A DNA stretch of 64,000 nt from NCBI RefSeq assembly GCF_009914755.1, contig NC_060927.1. One strand, 5' to 3'. The DNA comes from the human T2T-CHM13v2.0 reference genome, Homo sapiens. Below are positions 1-14,347 of the stretch, piece after piece; within the stretch, counting starts at the first letter, position 1, and each line of letters starts with the position of its first letter. The notes beneath the pieces are model-generated. The model saw only the letters and a program-made list of their open reading frames with translations, searched no databases and was not told the origin of the DNA. A program made the position numbers and the translations under genes.

Positions 1-59
1 TCTCTAGGCAGGATTAATAAGAGAAGATACAAACTTCATAAAATTGTTCGGCTTTGAGC

Positions 60-450
60 GTAAAGAACAAATCTTGCAATCTTCTAGACAGAAAGAATAA
101 GTTATTTTCAGAGGAAAAAAATTCAGACTGGCATCTGAATTCTCTGCATTGCTACAATGGACACTAGAAGAAGGGAGAGTAGCACCTGTAATTCCTGGAA
201 AAAGGACTCCTGTATACAGTCAAAAAATCATTTCCACGTCAAGTGAAGGAAAGATATTTTGAGACAGAAAAGGATTTAGATACTATCTCATTGTAACTAA
301 TTACATTATTATATGTTAATTATATGTTAATATATTATTATATTATTATATGTTCAAAAAAGAACTTTGACCAAACAGATGCATCACAGTATAGAAACCT
401 TAAGATGGAAGAAAACAGAGGGAAAGTAGAGGTGAAAAATAAACCTTGTT
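60..450 (+). mobile_element. Old L1M fragment (ORF1 3' region)
   Basis: A-rich sequence resembling the ancient L1 ORF1 end (aattcagactggcatctgaattctc...acaatggacactagaag); boundaries approximate. Confidence 0.45.
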
Positions 451-466
451 TTTTTTTGTTTTTTTT

Positions 467-488
467 GTGTGTGTGTGTGTGTGTGTGT
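467..488. repeat. (TG)n microsatellite
   Basis: Direct TG run preceded by a T-rich tract. Confidence 0.95.
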
Positions 489-909
489 ATTTAAGTGGAT
501 AATAATAAATGACTTAACAGATGTAATATAAATGCTAAATATGGAGTCTCAGAATTATCATTGCTAACCTTAGCATAGCCTGGAAGTAAAAGTATGAAAC
601 TCCACAGAATCAGGTTGGTGCAGGTTTGAGCCTAATTTAGCAGAAGAAATATTTGTGCGGAAAACAGAAACCAGTTTGACAATTCTTTTCCTAGCTTGTC
701 TTTTAGCCAAATACTTCTCTGTATAATTTAATAGATCTTGTTTTAAAGGAGAAAGGCAAAAGTATAATTTGGTGTAGAAAAAGTTCCAAGAGAAGTTTTT
801 AGGCAAACAGGTTATTTCCTGAGATATTAAGCATTTTGCTAAAACTCTATTTTAGTAATGATTCAAATATTGGACATAGATATGAGTTCATGAGTTTAAA
901 ACCTGTCAC

Positions 910-1850
<941 letters not shown>

Positions 1851-3025
1851 AACGCACTCTCAGACCTATCACTTGCTTCCTATAGCCTGTCTTTCCAATG
1901 CTTTGTTTTTTCTAAAAATTTATTTTATTAAAAATATGTGGTCAAAAAATGGCAGTAAAATTTCAGGTTGACAAACCTTGTGAATGGAATGGTTAGTATG
2001 TTATGTGCAATGTTTTCAGAAAGCCAGCTATCAAAATGAAAAGCAATCAAGATTGACATTGTGGTAAATCTTCAGTTAACATATGAACAGACCAAAAACA
2101 CCTAAGTCATCTGTTACTGAAATTATATTAGACATTTTCATTGGAACGCTTTTGGTTACCTTGGAGGAAAATGCAATATAAAGGGATTTTTGCAGTTTAC
2201 AAAGGTTTCTGTTAAGGGAAATTCCAAAGTAAAGTGTGTAGTGAGTCAGACAGTGAGCTTCACAATTCTTTTTAGAGCATAAGGGCTTTGGGCTGCCCTG
2301 TATTTAACACCCCATTGGTTTGATAGGTCTTTGAATTCATGATGATGTCTTTCTGGTCCAAGTGTTTTTTTTTTTTTTTCCTTTCTTCTTATTTCCTTAT
2401 GATCTCACTTATCTTTCTCTTTCTGCTTTATTTTTTCTCTCTATAGCATATTTAAAAATGTATTTCTAAAGAATTTATATCTGATAGCAAAATTAGCTTG
2501 TTCACTGATAAAGAAAAAATGTAGATAAACCAAAAATTTTACATTAAACGGGATGGTTTTGATAGCTGGAATTTTCGGTTACCTCACACTGCACCTGAAA
2601 TCTTTTTGTGTGCTCTTTAAATCTTGTTGGAAATCTTTCCGAAAAATGTCACTTTCCTCCCTGCCCGTGAAAATAAAATATATGTTTAAATTATCAGTGA
2701 TAGTTGAAAGGCTTTACAGTTCCCAGGTTTCTTATTGTCAACAAATATTTACTGGCTGCTTACGATGTAAGATTCTCATTGAACAGGGTTGTGCTGAAGA
2801 TGATATAAGATATTGGGCTGAGTGTATCCTGAGTCCAGAATATCTTACTTGAAGATTCTAATAAGAGTTTATTCCGTACATGTTCTAATATTAAAATATA
2901 TCCAAATGCTCTTCCTCCAGACCTGTATTTTCACATCAGAAATGATAACACTTTTCTATGTTTCTTAAAAGAGAAAGATTTAACTTGGCTCTTTGACGAT
3001 TCTACAACTCCTCTTGCATATTGCT

Positions 3026-3474
3026 TGTTAAAGCATGGAAAGGCAGACTTTATTGAAGGCACTGTCTTGATAGGCATAGGGACCACTACAATAAGGCTTT
3101 GTAGTAAGAGAGAAACGTTGGGTTAAATTCCAAATACAACGAGGATAAATGGATTTCTATAGCCAAAGACCAAGGTGTAGGGCTCAGTGAATGGAAGATT
3201 ACTAGGAGGAAATACTGGGGACAAGGAGGATTCTGGCTAAACTGACCTAACAGGATTCTTGCTGAAGACAGGCCAAGATGATCAGATATTGCCTGGGGAA
3301 TGGCGGAGGGTAAGGAATATTTATAAAGAGTGGTCAGATATTGAGTCAGTCTTGCCAAACTGACTTAGCAGGATTCTTGTTAAATTGGGTCTGTAAGGAA
3401 TATGCCCAAACATGGGGTCTAACCAGACTTAAAAGAGCCTGTCTGTAATTTGCTAAAGGAGAAAATCTTTGTCA
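3026..3474 (-). mobile_element. ERV1 solo LTR, MER31-like
   Basis: TG...CA ends; minus strand starts TGACAAAGA; internal caggattcttg repeats. Confidence 0.7.
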
Positions 3475-6400
3475 GTCTCTACATGGGGTTAATGAGGTGA
3501 TGGAAAGAAGAGCTACTCTCAGCAGAAGAGAAAAGACTGCAGGGAGGATTACTTTCAAAGTAGAGCTTCCCAGAGAGACATGGTTCAGTACTGGTTTGTT
3601 ATCCTTACATGGAAAATCATTTCACAGGGAAGAGACGTTGGGAATCTGTATGGATTGCACAGTGGGTGTTAAGCCAATGGAAGAAAACAGGTCTCCTCTC
3701 AGAAGATTTTGCATGTAAACAGTTCATTAATTAATCAAGTTTTATTCATTTAAGTCGTCTCTCAAGAGGCCCAGAAAAAGTGTTAAGACTTGAGTTATTG
3801 CCCTCATGGAGCTTCTAGTCAAGGTGGGAAAGACTCTCAGAAAAAAGCACATTCATTATTTGTTGATATGAGCTTCAGAAGGAAAGCATAACCATATATG
3901 CATGGGGCTCTTGGTGCTCTTGATGCATTCTTTCCACTGAGCCTGAGTTCTCTTTGAAATTGGCAAAGTGAATTATGTTATCTACTACCCTACTTTAAAC
4001 GCTTCAATAGTTTTTCACCAATTTAGGATAAAGAACAAGAAATCCTTCACATGTCCTTCATGGTTCTGAATGAGCTGTCCTCTGTCAGTCTCTCCAGGTA
4101 ATGTTTTATATTCTCACTGAATTCTCTTTCCTTGTGAATATTTCTTGTGCTTTGTTGGGTTTCCATATAGATTTATACAAACCTGTCTCTAAACCTGTTA
4201 GCATTGTGGCAGCTTACAGGGATGGCAAAGGGACCCTGGGGTTTAGTATGTGCTTGCATTTTGATGAAGGTGGGAACGGTCACTGGAGTTGTGCTTAATG
4301 ACAGCGCTCCCTTCAGTTTATAATGCAATGGATGACACATAAACACGCCTACATGTACAGATCACGCCTCTGCTGGATCACTAGGTCAGTTGATAAAATT
4401 GAGACGGTAGGATCTGTCTGCAAGCTTATTGAGAGGTTTGATCATGTTTTCCTCCTTTATCTGCCCTTGGTGTTTCTTATCAACAGTACTCTAATTCCTG
4501 TAAATAAAGATACACAGAGATCTGTTCCAATTGTGACACTTGGGAGTCTGTGTTCCGAAGGAGGTCTTGTTGAAGAATGAAGAAGGCCTTTAGTTCTTAG
4601 CAGATGGCCCACTCTAGTGAATTTCATTGATCTTTGCTGTCTACAATGATCCCAGTGTGCTATGCAAATTACTTTGGATACATCTGCTCCATACACCTGT
4701 GTCTCAGTGGCACCGTTCTGTAGCTTTTCAAGAAACACCTTTGTCAATATGTATGGCTTTTGGTGTGAGGCTGGCCCTATTCCATCATTTGCTGTCCTTT
4801 GTTTAAACAGATAAACATTTAGTATGGACACATGCTTGCTGCCCAAGGGATGCTGTTTGTGGAGAGTGCTTGCTTCTTTGAGAAATATTTTCCAAATAAA
4901 ACTATTGTATATCTGTCAGGGATAAGAGCAGGCATTTATATGGGGGCAGACAGAGCACTCAACCTGTATCTTGGCAAATCCCTGGGGTCACCAAGGGAAT
5001 GGTGGTTGGTGATGATAACACTGAACCACATATTTTGAGTTAACTGGATAATTTCTTAGGGAATTGAATTCTCAGCTGTCATTACAAGACCTTCCTCTCT
5101 GTTTGCTGTTGTTGATACTCTTTATTTTGTCTTCTTCTGTGAAGTCTATAATTTCAGATAATTTTTACCCAAAGTTGTGGTCATTTTTCTTACGCACATG
5201 AGTTTTCACCCTGGAGAGAAGGAGAACAAATTCTTGGGCCAAATCCAAATGGCTTTTGTTTTCTGGGTCAATGGGCTACATAGTCATGAAACCTCAGAGC
5301 TATGTTTGCCTCACTGACTACTTTATACTGTGGAATGTTTTAGAATTTTAAAGATGATCATATCTGGGGGCATGTGGTAGACAAAAGGCTGTTTATTTTC
5401 CAGTTCATGAGTTTGCTCACCTGAGGAGTTTAATAAAGGCTTACAACACATGACATTTAGTTTTAACAATGAGGGGGCTTTATGGAAAAGAGTAAGGTTA
5501 CATCATCTTGGAGCCCACCTTGGAAATCAGAATGAATTACTGCCCTAAGGGTAATATAATCTGGAAATTAAAAGAGTTGAGAAGCCACATGTTGTTTATT
5601 GCAGTCAAAGGGCATTTGGAAGTAGCCTAGATATTACTAAAGCAGGTCTCAGAAAAGCTTATGGGCATACACTTAATCATCATGAATTATGTATTAGATG
5701 TAGAAAAACATTTATTTGGTGTCACACCTACTAAGTATTTATCACATTGTACTTTTTACTCACATGCTTGATAATGCAAGTTCTCTTAGCTTAGACTTAG
5801 AGACATAGCAAGATGTTAATATAAAATAAAAAAATAATAAACATCAACCAGGTAACTTGTGGCTGATGGTCTTCCAATCTTGGAAGATTTCTAAATATGC
5901 CTGAGGACTTGAAAAGACTTTATTTTGGCCATGGGGTATTCTATTTGTCATCTATTGAAGTTCATTTCACTTGGCTAATCTGGTTGTTCTGAATTGAGTA
6001 AGTCATATGCAGAATACTTAGAGACTGTATCGAGGATTCGCATCTGTTCTCTATCTGGGATGTCTGGCCATCTGGTAGTGACTACTGTTTCAAGGGGTTG
6101 ATAACAGGGATTGGGGCATGAACAGTTACTTTCTGCTTCTCATGTAGACATGTACTTTCTCTAATCAATGTGGATAAACATGTCTTTTACTTGTCTCAGG
6201 GACCAGTTGTTACACATAGATGCTATATCCTATTAACAACTGTTACACATAGCTGTTTGCTGAGTTTGTTTAGAGTAAGTTGCAATACAATGAGTTTCCT
6301 AATTCTAACAAATTACTTGTGAATAGTCCTATTGTCCTTCCATCAGCAAGTGATGGAGAAGAGTCTTGCACATATTAGATACGTGATACCTTTTTGTTCA

Positions 6401-7477
6401 TTGAAAAGGTTTTTCTTTCTAATGAGGGAAGTAAGTGACTTGCAGAGAAATACTTATGTTCATGTGGCTAGCTACGTACTGAAACAAGACATCAAATACC
6501 TTATCAGACATTTGATGGAGAGATGGAGAGGGGTTAAGATAATCATATTTTGGGGCATGTGATAGACAGAAGGCTACCATAGAGATGGAGAGGGGTTAAC
6601 TAGCCGCCTATGTAAAATTGTCTTCTTCAAATCAGCTTAAACATCTTTAAGAATATACTTTTCCTCAGATATAGTTACAACAACAATGGTACAAGATAGG
6701 ACATTTGGAAATGTCAATTACTAATTAAAATTTAAATATAGACGAATAGGTATTGGATTATAGAGCACTGATGTTTTGAAAATACCAAAGGCTGTTTAAT
6801 AATTGGTCCTGAGGGCTATTGTGGTTTCATTGCATTAAACCTAAAACTTTACTTTTCCATGACCTGTTAAGCATCTGCCAACGTCTTCTAGAAAAATAAT
6901 TCAGCTGGCTGACAACAGTGATACTGCTGTGCAACAAAGAGATGCCAGAATTATTTCCCTTTGGAATATGTCATTTCTTAGATTCAACATAAAGTCAGAT
7001 TCAATTCACTTTTATTGAGTGGTAAGCTTTTATGCAATGAATTTGAAAATTTCTGTTAGTACATTGTAGTAGATGTTTTCCTATCTTTCTAGATTTGTGC
7101 AAGGTGTTAAGTCAGAGACATAATTTAAACCCAGATCCTCTGACTCTAGGTCTGGTACTTTTCATATATTGCCACAGTAGCCTCTTACATAGCAAGCAAA
7201 GCCAGATATTCTAGACTAGGGCTATTCCTTTGCACTATTGTTGAAGATAAATCTTCACTCTTACTAAAATCTGTTCGAACCCATTTCAACCCTTGTTCAT
7301 TACTCCTTTCTATCACTCCTTGAGCATTTTAATTTTCTTTTTTAAAAATAACACCCTCAAACCATATATATTAATATGTATGCAATTGAAAACATTGTAA
7401 AGCACAATCCTTCTCAGTGTAATTACCCTCTAAGACGAAGCTAGTGCTCACAGTGAACTGATGGGAAGAACTATCAT

Positions 7478-7680
7478 AGTAGTTGAGAGCACAAGATTTG
7501 GAGTAAAAAAATACATGGATTTGAAGTTCCTCTTTTCTCTGAGCTCAGTTTCCCCATCTGTAAAGTGGTAATCACAATAGTATCTGCCTTTGAGGGCTAT
7601 GGTGAGGAGTAATTCAGATAACGCATACAATGCACAGTGCCTGGCACATAGGAAGTGGTCTCTTAAATGATTACTGATAC
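7478..7680 (+). mobile_element. MIR SINE
   Basis: MIR core ctcagtttccccatctgtaaagtgg and tail cagtgcctggcacatag. Confidence 0.85.
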
Positions 7681-8329
7681 CATCATTACCACTGTTGTTA
7701 CTCTTCATGTTCTGATAATCACTCATCTTAATAATCAGTCATCTTGTCTAACCATTTTGGAAGGCTAGTATTCAAAAGCTACCTCTATGTCTTTAGGGCC
7801 ACGAGGTGCTGATCTACATCTTACACTGATGTAAGAGTGGATCTTTAAGTCCTGGAACATAAATTTCCCTTATTTTACTTTCACGTAATAGTTTTTATGA
7901 ATCTTGCTCCTTATCCCCCTGGATCATAGAGTGACAACCAAATGGGCTGGAATAAACTGTTTCTTTAGGTATTAACTCTGGTGAAACAGAATGAAACTTA
8001 AAATGAGCTTCTTTATCACTATTAGCTTCAGGAAATAAGAAAACTTCTTGCAGGGCCCTATCACCAGCTACATGACACAAAGCTCACAATAAATGAAATA
8101 ATCTTGCCCAGTGTCAAGCCCAGAAGTTCCTCTTGGAAGGTATCATTTAAAAATACATGGAACAAGGAAACTCTAAGGGAGCATTTTTCTTTTAATCAAC
8201 AGTTGAAAGCTCTAAGACCCATTTGTTATACTGTATAACTTAATATGTTTAACTTTTCCAACAACTAAAGGCAGTAGTATTTTCACTGCTACCTAATTAC
8301 ATAATCAATATTTATTATGTTTCTATTAT

Positions 8330-9400
8330 GGCTTTGTAGTATGCACCGAGAATAGTAGTGGACAAGATCCAAGTGATCCTTGCCCTCATGGAAGCTACAT
8401 CTTGGGGATGGAAAATGGGGAACAAACTCCAACTGGTCGTAGCTCATAAAATACGATAGTTCTCGTGCAAAGATTGGGGAAGGACAGAATGCTACGAAAA
8501 TACTTAACAAACGCATCTACCATTTTAGGACTTGGGCTTGATGGAAGGCTTCTTGAAGAAATTTATGTTTATGACAAGACCTGAGGGATAAGTAGGAGCA
8601 CACCAGGCAAAGATGAGTGGGGAATTTTATGTAGAGAAGGCAGCATGTGTGTTACAGGACCAGCAAGTTCATATGCCCTCTGCACAGTAACAAACCAATT
8701 ACACTGAGACAGCAGGGTTTGCAACAGAAAAAGAGTTTAATGATTGCAGGGTAGCCAAGTGAGGAAATAGGGTTAGACTCTCAAATTTATCTCCCCAAGA
8801 AGTTCTGGACTGGAGTTTTTAAAGGGGATCATGGAGGGTGAGGGGCTGAAAAATTGTAGTCGTTGAGTGGTCAGAGTAAGGGAGATGAAATGTGAGCATT
8901 TCAGCTTGTGAGCCAGCTCCTTGTGGGGTTCCTCAGACCAGCTGAGTCAGTAGTTTCACCATTACGCAGGCTCTGAAAGCGAATCTCAGAGGGAAAGCTT
9001 AACATTTCACAATGTTCAGGTTGCTATCTACAGTACAGTTAAAGGGAACTATAACGTTGTGACAGTGTCTGTATGCTTCTGAGGCAATAGGCACTGCTAT
9101 GAGGAAGCAGGTCCGAGAGCACGCTTACCTCATGATGAAAGCTGAGTGTGCTGCCAGCTCAGTTTATTCTCATTTCTCCTCCTTCCTTCTTCCCTGACTT
9201 CTTCAATAAAGTTTATATGGACAGATTCATGTATAAAGGCCAAGGAGTAGGAAGCCATGGGGGAGAAAGAATTCCATTGCAGCTGGAGAATAGAGGGTGT
9301 GTGAGTGTGGGGGAAGCAGACAGCATAGTGAAAAGAGGTAAAGCTAAAGAGGCAGAAAAGGACTTGTAGTGAGGATTCCCTAAATCTCTCAGAGGCAGAA
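8330..9400 (-). mobile_element. L2 fragment split by the LTR at 8650-9229
   Basis: L2 motifs (ccttgccctcatggaagctaca; cagcatgtg|...aaaggcc) continue across the LTR. Confidence 0.6.
8650..9229 (-). mobile_element. ERV1 (MER4-group) solo LTR, subfamily unassigned
   Basis: TGTTACA...ATTCA ends; 4-bp flanks tgtg/tgta. Confidence 0.75.
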
Positions 9401-9869
9401 TGATGAACTTGGGAAGGGGCCAACCAATGTGTGTTGGAATCTTGGCTTTGGACACAATTGATTTCTCTGACATCATATTTATTTCCTTGTAAGATGGAGA
9501 GAGTAATATTTACCCCACAGGGCTATGATGGGTATGGAGTGAAGTAAATAAAATGATATACTTAAAGGGCCAGATATCATCCTTTGACAAAGTTGGTACT
9601 CTTGAAATGCCTATATATATATATATATATATATGCACACAATACACACCCACAGAGTTACTAGAAGGATATGAATATTTAACCTGTTATTTCTTTATAA
9701 GAAGACTGCATTTGTTGGAATGCATCCACATATGAATGTGCATTTATACATAAAGGGTCACTGGCTTAGTCTGTAGGGGAAGTTGTTAGTCTTTGATACA
9801 GAATATAGGCATTTTCTCTTTCCCTGAAGTGGGAGAACATTAAGAAATTATGTTTCTGAAGAACAGGAC

Positions 9870-10293
9870 TGTATTGGTTTCCTACTGTTGCTGTAACAAA
9901 TGATAACAGACTTCAAGGCTTAAAACATAGATTTATTGTCTTACAGTTTTAGAGGCTAGAATTTGAAATGGACATCTCTGGACTAAAGGTATCAGAAGGG
10001 CTGTGTTTCTTCTGGAGGCCCTTGAGGAAAATTCATTTCTTTGCCATTCCCAGCTTCTAGAGGCTGCTGGCATTCATTGGCTCATGGCCCCTTCCTTCAT
10101 CTTCAAAGCTTGCAGCATAGCATCTTCCAGTCTCTCTCTGGACATTGGATCCACTGGATACTCTAAGATAACCTCCCCATCTCAAAATCCTCAATCAGAT
10201 CTACAAGTTCCCTTTTGCCTTTAAGATAACATATTTATAGGTCCCAAAGATTAGGGCTTGAACATCTTGGGCACTATTATTTTGCGTGCCACA
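9870..10293 (-). mobile_element. MaLR LTR, MLT1D-like
   Basis: tgtattggtttcctactgttgctgtaacaaat...cagcttctagaggctgc...tgccaca. Confidence 0.85.
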
Positions 10294-10375
10294 GGATCTT
10301 TCTTTTCCTAGAGGAACAGAGAACCAATATCCTTGTTTCTAATAATTAAGGCTCTGGTTTTAATAGGGATCAAGG

Positions 10376-11173
10376 TGTGCCCAGAATTGGTGGGTTCTTG
10401 GTCTCGCTGACTTCAGGAATGAAGCCACAGACCCTCACGGTGAGTGTTACAGTTCTTAAAGATGGTGTGTCCGGAGTTTGTTCCTTCAGATGTTCAGATG
10501 TGTCCAGAGTTTCTTCCTTCTGATGGGTTCGTGGTCTTGCTGACTTCAGGAGTGAAGCTGCAGACCTTTGCAGTGAGTGTTACAGCTCTTAAAAGGCGGT
10601 GGGTCTGGAGTTGTTTGTTCCTTCTGGTGGGTTTGTGGTCTCACTGGTCTCAGGAGTGAAGCTGCAGACCTTTGCAGTGAGTGTTACAGTTCATAAAGGT
10701 GGCGCGTCCGGAGTTATTCGTTCCTCCCATCCGGAGTTGTTCATCCCTCCCTGTGGGTTCGTGGTCTCGCTGGCTTCAGGAGTGAAGCTGCAGACCTTTG
10801 TGGTGAGTGTTACAGCTCATAAAGGCAGCGTGGACCCAAAGAGTGAGAAGCAGCAAGATTTATTGCAGAGAGCTAAACAACAAATCTTCCACAGTGTGGA
10901 AGGGGACCTGAGTGGGTGCAGCTGCTGGCTCCCTGGCCTGCTTTTATTCCCTTATCTGGCCCCACCCACATGCTACTGATTGGTCCATTTTACAGAGAGC
11001 TGATTGGTCCATTTTACAGAGAGCTCATTGGTCCTTTTTGATAGAGCGCTGATTGGTGCATTTTACAAACCTTTAGCTAGACACAGACCGCTGACTGGTG
11101 CATTTACAATCCTTTAGCTAGACACAAAAGTTCTCCAAGTCCCCACTGACCCAGAAGCTGGCTTCACCTCTCA
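10376..11173 (-). mobile_element. ERV9 solo LTR (LTR12 family)
   Basis: U5 repeats caggagtgaagctgcagacctt; U3 repeats ctgattggtccattttacagag; flanks aagg/aagc. Confidence 0.95.
10935..11110 (-). promoter_or_regulatory. LTR12 promoter: tandem CCAAT boxes and AATAAAA TATA-like element
   Basis: Four ATTGG (CCAAT on minus strand) at ~24-bp spacing near 10979-11056; gcttttattcc near 10940. Confidence 0.7.
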
Positions 11174-11524
11174 AAGCCTCTTCCAGATTGGCCATCAAGA
11201 GCTATAATGAAATAGCAGGAAAAAAAATGTGGCTTTCCAATTCTTCCACCATGCTTCCCCTTCCTGCCTTCTCCAGCCACTCAGGCCTTCTTCCAGGCTT
11301 CTTTGTGACACAGGCCCAGACCCTTTGCCTAAAATGCCCTTGTCTTCACCTGAACTCCTCCTTAGCCTTCAGATCTCAGCTTAACTATCACTTCTGAAGT
11401 TCAGTTGCCTCAGTTCTTGGAGATTATGCTAGGTGCCCCATAGTGGAATAATGTTGAGACCACTACTGATATGGGAGCACATTCATTCCTTTATTCATTC
11501 ATTAAACAAGTACTTATTGAGTGC

Positions 11525-11933
11525 TGTTACAAATTGGGGGGTTCTGGAGGCAGATGCTGAGACAGAGTTGGGATACAGTATATTTATTAGAGATCAACAC
11601 TTGTGAAAGGAAGGGGAAAGAATAGGTTTGAGGAGAGGGGGTAATCAAATGCTGATACAGGCCCCAGCAAATTCCAGCCACTGCAAAGGTTGGTAGGGGG
11701 CAGTTCTGGAGCTAATGTTGCCTGTTAAAGTGATCTGTATAGGGGCCCAATTGACAGACCTTAGGGTTGGTCTGTCCTAGGATGGAGGTGACCCTGAGCA
11801 AGGCAGAACCTCGCAGCAGAGGTAGACCCTGAAGGAGCTGAGAGCTGGAGGCCTTTTGTTGACTCCCCAGAGTGGGACAGCAAACCCGGCCTTGAAGGAG
11901 ATTCTGGGCAGTGCATCTCCATGTGTCTTCTAC
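11525..11933 (-). mobile_element. ERVL LTR, LTR16-like, inside an L2
   Basis: ggaggcagatgctgagacagagttggg...ctgggcagtgcatctccatgtgtcttctaca. Confidence 0.65.
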
Positions 11934-12500
11934 ATGCACTTGCTATGTGCCAAGAACTTCTGTAACTTTTCTAGGCACCGAGGGATACATCAAGGAACAA
12001 AACAGGTACAAATGTCTGCTGTTATACATTTTACATTATAGTGTGAGAGGCAGATAATTAAGGAATAAATAAAATATTTAATATGTAGATGGTGATCAGT
12101 GCTACAGAGAATAAAGCAAGTTGGGGGTGTAGAGAGTGCTGGGGGAGGATTGTAATTTTTTAAGTGGGGTTCAGGAAGGTGACACTTGAGTAAAGACTCT
12201 AAGATGATGAGAAAGGGAACTGTCTCATCATCTGGGAGGAATCTCTGAGCAGAGGGTTCAACATTCCTGCAGTAGGAGGGGCAGGGCAGCTGGTGTGGCC
12301 GGAGCAGGGGGATTGAGGGAGAGAGTTAGAGGCCTTGAGATCAGAGGGGAAATGGGAAAGGGTAGGGCAAGATGATGTCTATGGGGTTTTGGGAGCTAGT
12401 CTGAGGATTTTGGCTTTATTTAGAATAAGAAACAAAGCTACTGGATGGTTTTGAGTGAAGAATGACATGACTGACAACTATTTTAAACAACATATCACTG
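11934..12500 (-). mobile_element. L2 fragment (left part at 11480-11524)
   Basis: attcattcattaaacaagtacttattgagtg|...tatgtgccaagaac...ttttgagtgaagaatgacatga. Confidence 0.75.
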
Positions 12501-13194
12501 GTGCTAAATATCCTGTTATTATGAAGAAATGAAAAACAATGCTGAATCATCCCTGTTGAGGCAGCCTGTAAAAGTTACCTGGAAACACCTGAGGAAACTG
12601 GGAAGGCTTCAGACTCATTTAGGGAGTTTGAGAGACCAGAGGAGGATCACAGACCTACTGAGCCATAAATGAGCAAAAGAAAGCCAAGGAGCTGACAACG
12701 TAAGTTCAAGATCAGGACTCCTAGTAAATATAAAACAGGTGAATTCTGGGTTAATTACTGCATATTTCACTTTTTATCAGGGGAAAAGAACATGCCTATG
12801 TCAGAAGCCTAGGTATTTTGGAATTTTAAAATTTTGGTGCTTTGCTTTGCTTTGCTTGATTTATTGTTGTGCAGTGTGTCTATTGATATCTACAAGTGAC
12901 AATCATAAAAAATGAGTTGATAATTTACTAATGAGAAAGGACCTGTAGATCTTTCTCATCTATGACATAGTTACATTGGATGGCTACCATCTTTGAGGAA
13001 CTATATTTGTGTTACTTCAATTTCTTTAGTGTGTAAATTAATATATGCTGGTATTTTTCAGTTTTGTTGATCTAACCTTCATTCAGTGGGCTCTTAAGGA
13101 AATTGCTAAGTGCTAGGCATTTGGATATATGCTGGTGACACAAAAATGCACACAGAATTGAGTGCATGCAGGCAAAGAGCTCATAGTCTAGAAC

Positions 13195-13340
13195 TGTGGT
13201 TCTCAAGTGTGATCCTGGATCGGCTGTATCAGCATCACCTGGAACTTGTTAGAAATACAAATGTTTAGTCCCCACTCAAGACCTACTTAATTAGATATTC
13301 TGAGAGTGGGGCTAAGCTATCTGGTTTAATAAGCCCACAG
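13195..13340. mobile_element. MER5A-like hAT-Charlie MITE (partial)
   Basis: gtggttctcaagtgtg...cagcatcacctggaacttgttagaaatacaaat. Confidence 0.75.
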
Positions 13341-13598
13341 TGGTGAGCCAGAAGAAAGCCCTAGGTACCAGATGAGCCCAGAGGAGGAATTCCCTAACTT
13401 GAGGCAACTCTGGACCATCGCTGCCAGGGATAAGCCCTAAAAAGAGTAGGGTGTAACTTGGTAGAAGAAGTGTAAAAGGACTCTACAGGCACAAGAGCCA
13501 GTCCAGCTGTGGAGGACAAAGACCATACTGTATGTATCCTTCTATGGCTACAGGGTTGGTACCTGTAGTGGACTATCTGGATGGAGATGATGAGGTAC

Positions 13599-14347
13599 TG
13601 TATTAGGCCATTCTTGCATTGCTATAAAGAAATATCTAAGACTGAGTATTTTATAAGAAAAGAGGTTTAATTGGGTTATAGTTCTGCAGCCTACACAGGA
13701 AGCATGACACCAGCATCTGCTTCTGGTGAGGCCTCAGGAAGCTTACAATCATAATGGAGGCAAAGGGATAGCAGGAGTCTCACATGATAGGAGCAGGAGC
13801 AAAAGAGAGAAGGAGGAGGTGCCAAACACTTTTTAAAAAAATTATTCTTTTTTTAAGTTCCATAGTACACGCGCAGGATGTGCAGGTTTGTTACATAGGT
13901 AAAGGTGTGGCATGGTGGTTTGCTGCAATTGTCAGCCCATCACCCAGCATGCCCATTATAGTTCTCACCTAACCCATGCCCAGCATGCATTAGCTATTTT
14001 TCCTAATGCTCTCCCTCCTTCCACCCCACCCCACTGACAGGCCCCAGTGTGTGTTGATCCCCTCCTTGTGTCCATGTGATCGCATCATTCAGCTCCCATT
14101 AATAAGTGAGAACATGCAGTGTTTGGTTTTCTGTTCCTGTGTGAGTCTGCTGAGGATAACTGTGCCACACACTGTTTAACAACCAGATTTCATGTGAACT
14201 CACCTCATCACGAAGGGGATGGTGTTAAGTCATGCATGAGGGATCTGCTCCCATGATCCAGACACCTCCCACCAGGCCCCAGCTTCAGTACTGGGGATTA
14301 CATTTCAACATGAAATTTGGCAAGGACACAGATCCAAACCATTTAAG
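13599..14347 (-). mobile_element. MaLR LTR, MSTA-like, split by an L1PA 3' end
   Basis: tgtattaggccattcttgcattgctataaag...gacacagatccaaaccat. Confidence 0.9.
13835..14161 (-). mobile_element. 5'-truncated L1PA (PA8-PA10-like) 3' end
   Basis: L1 3'UTR; TSD gtgccaaacacttttt (13819-13834) / gtgccacacactgttt (14162-14177). Confidence 0.9.

Noticed and set aside
6890-7030. Possible exons (donor-like GTG/gtaagc at 7021; acceptor-like ttttcag at 14563)
   Set aside because: Isolated splice-like motifs with no ORF or matching partner site; transcript data would be needed
10444-10979. Repetitive 71-aa and 126-aa ORFs
   Set aside because: Antisense read-through of the LTR12 U5 tandem repeats
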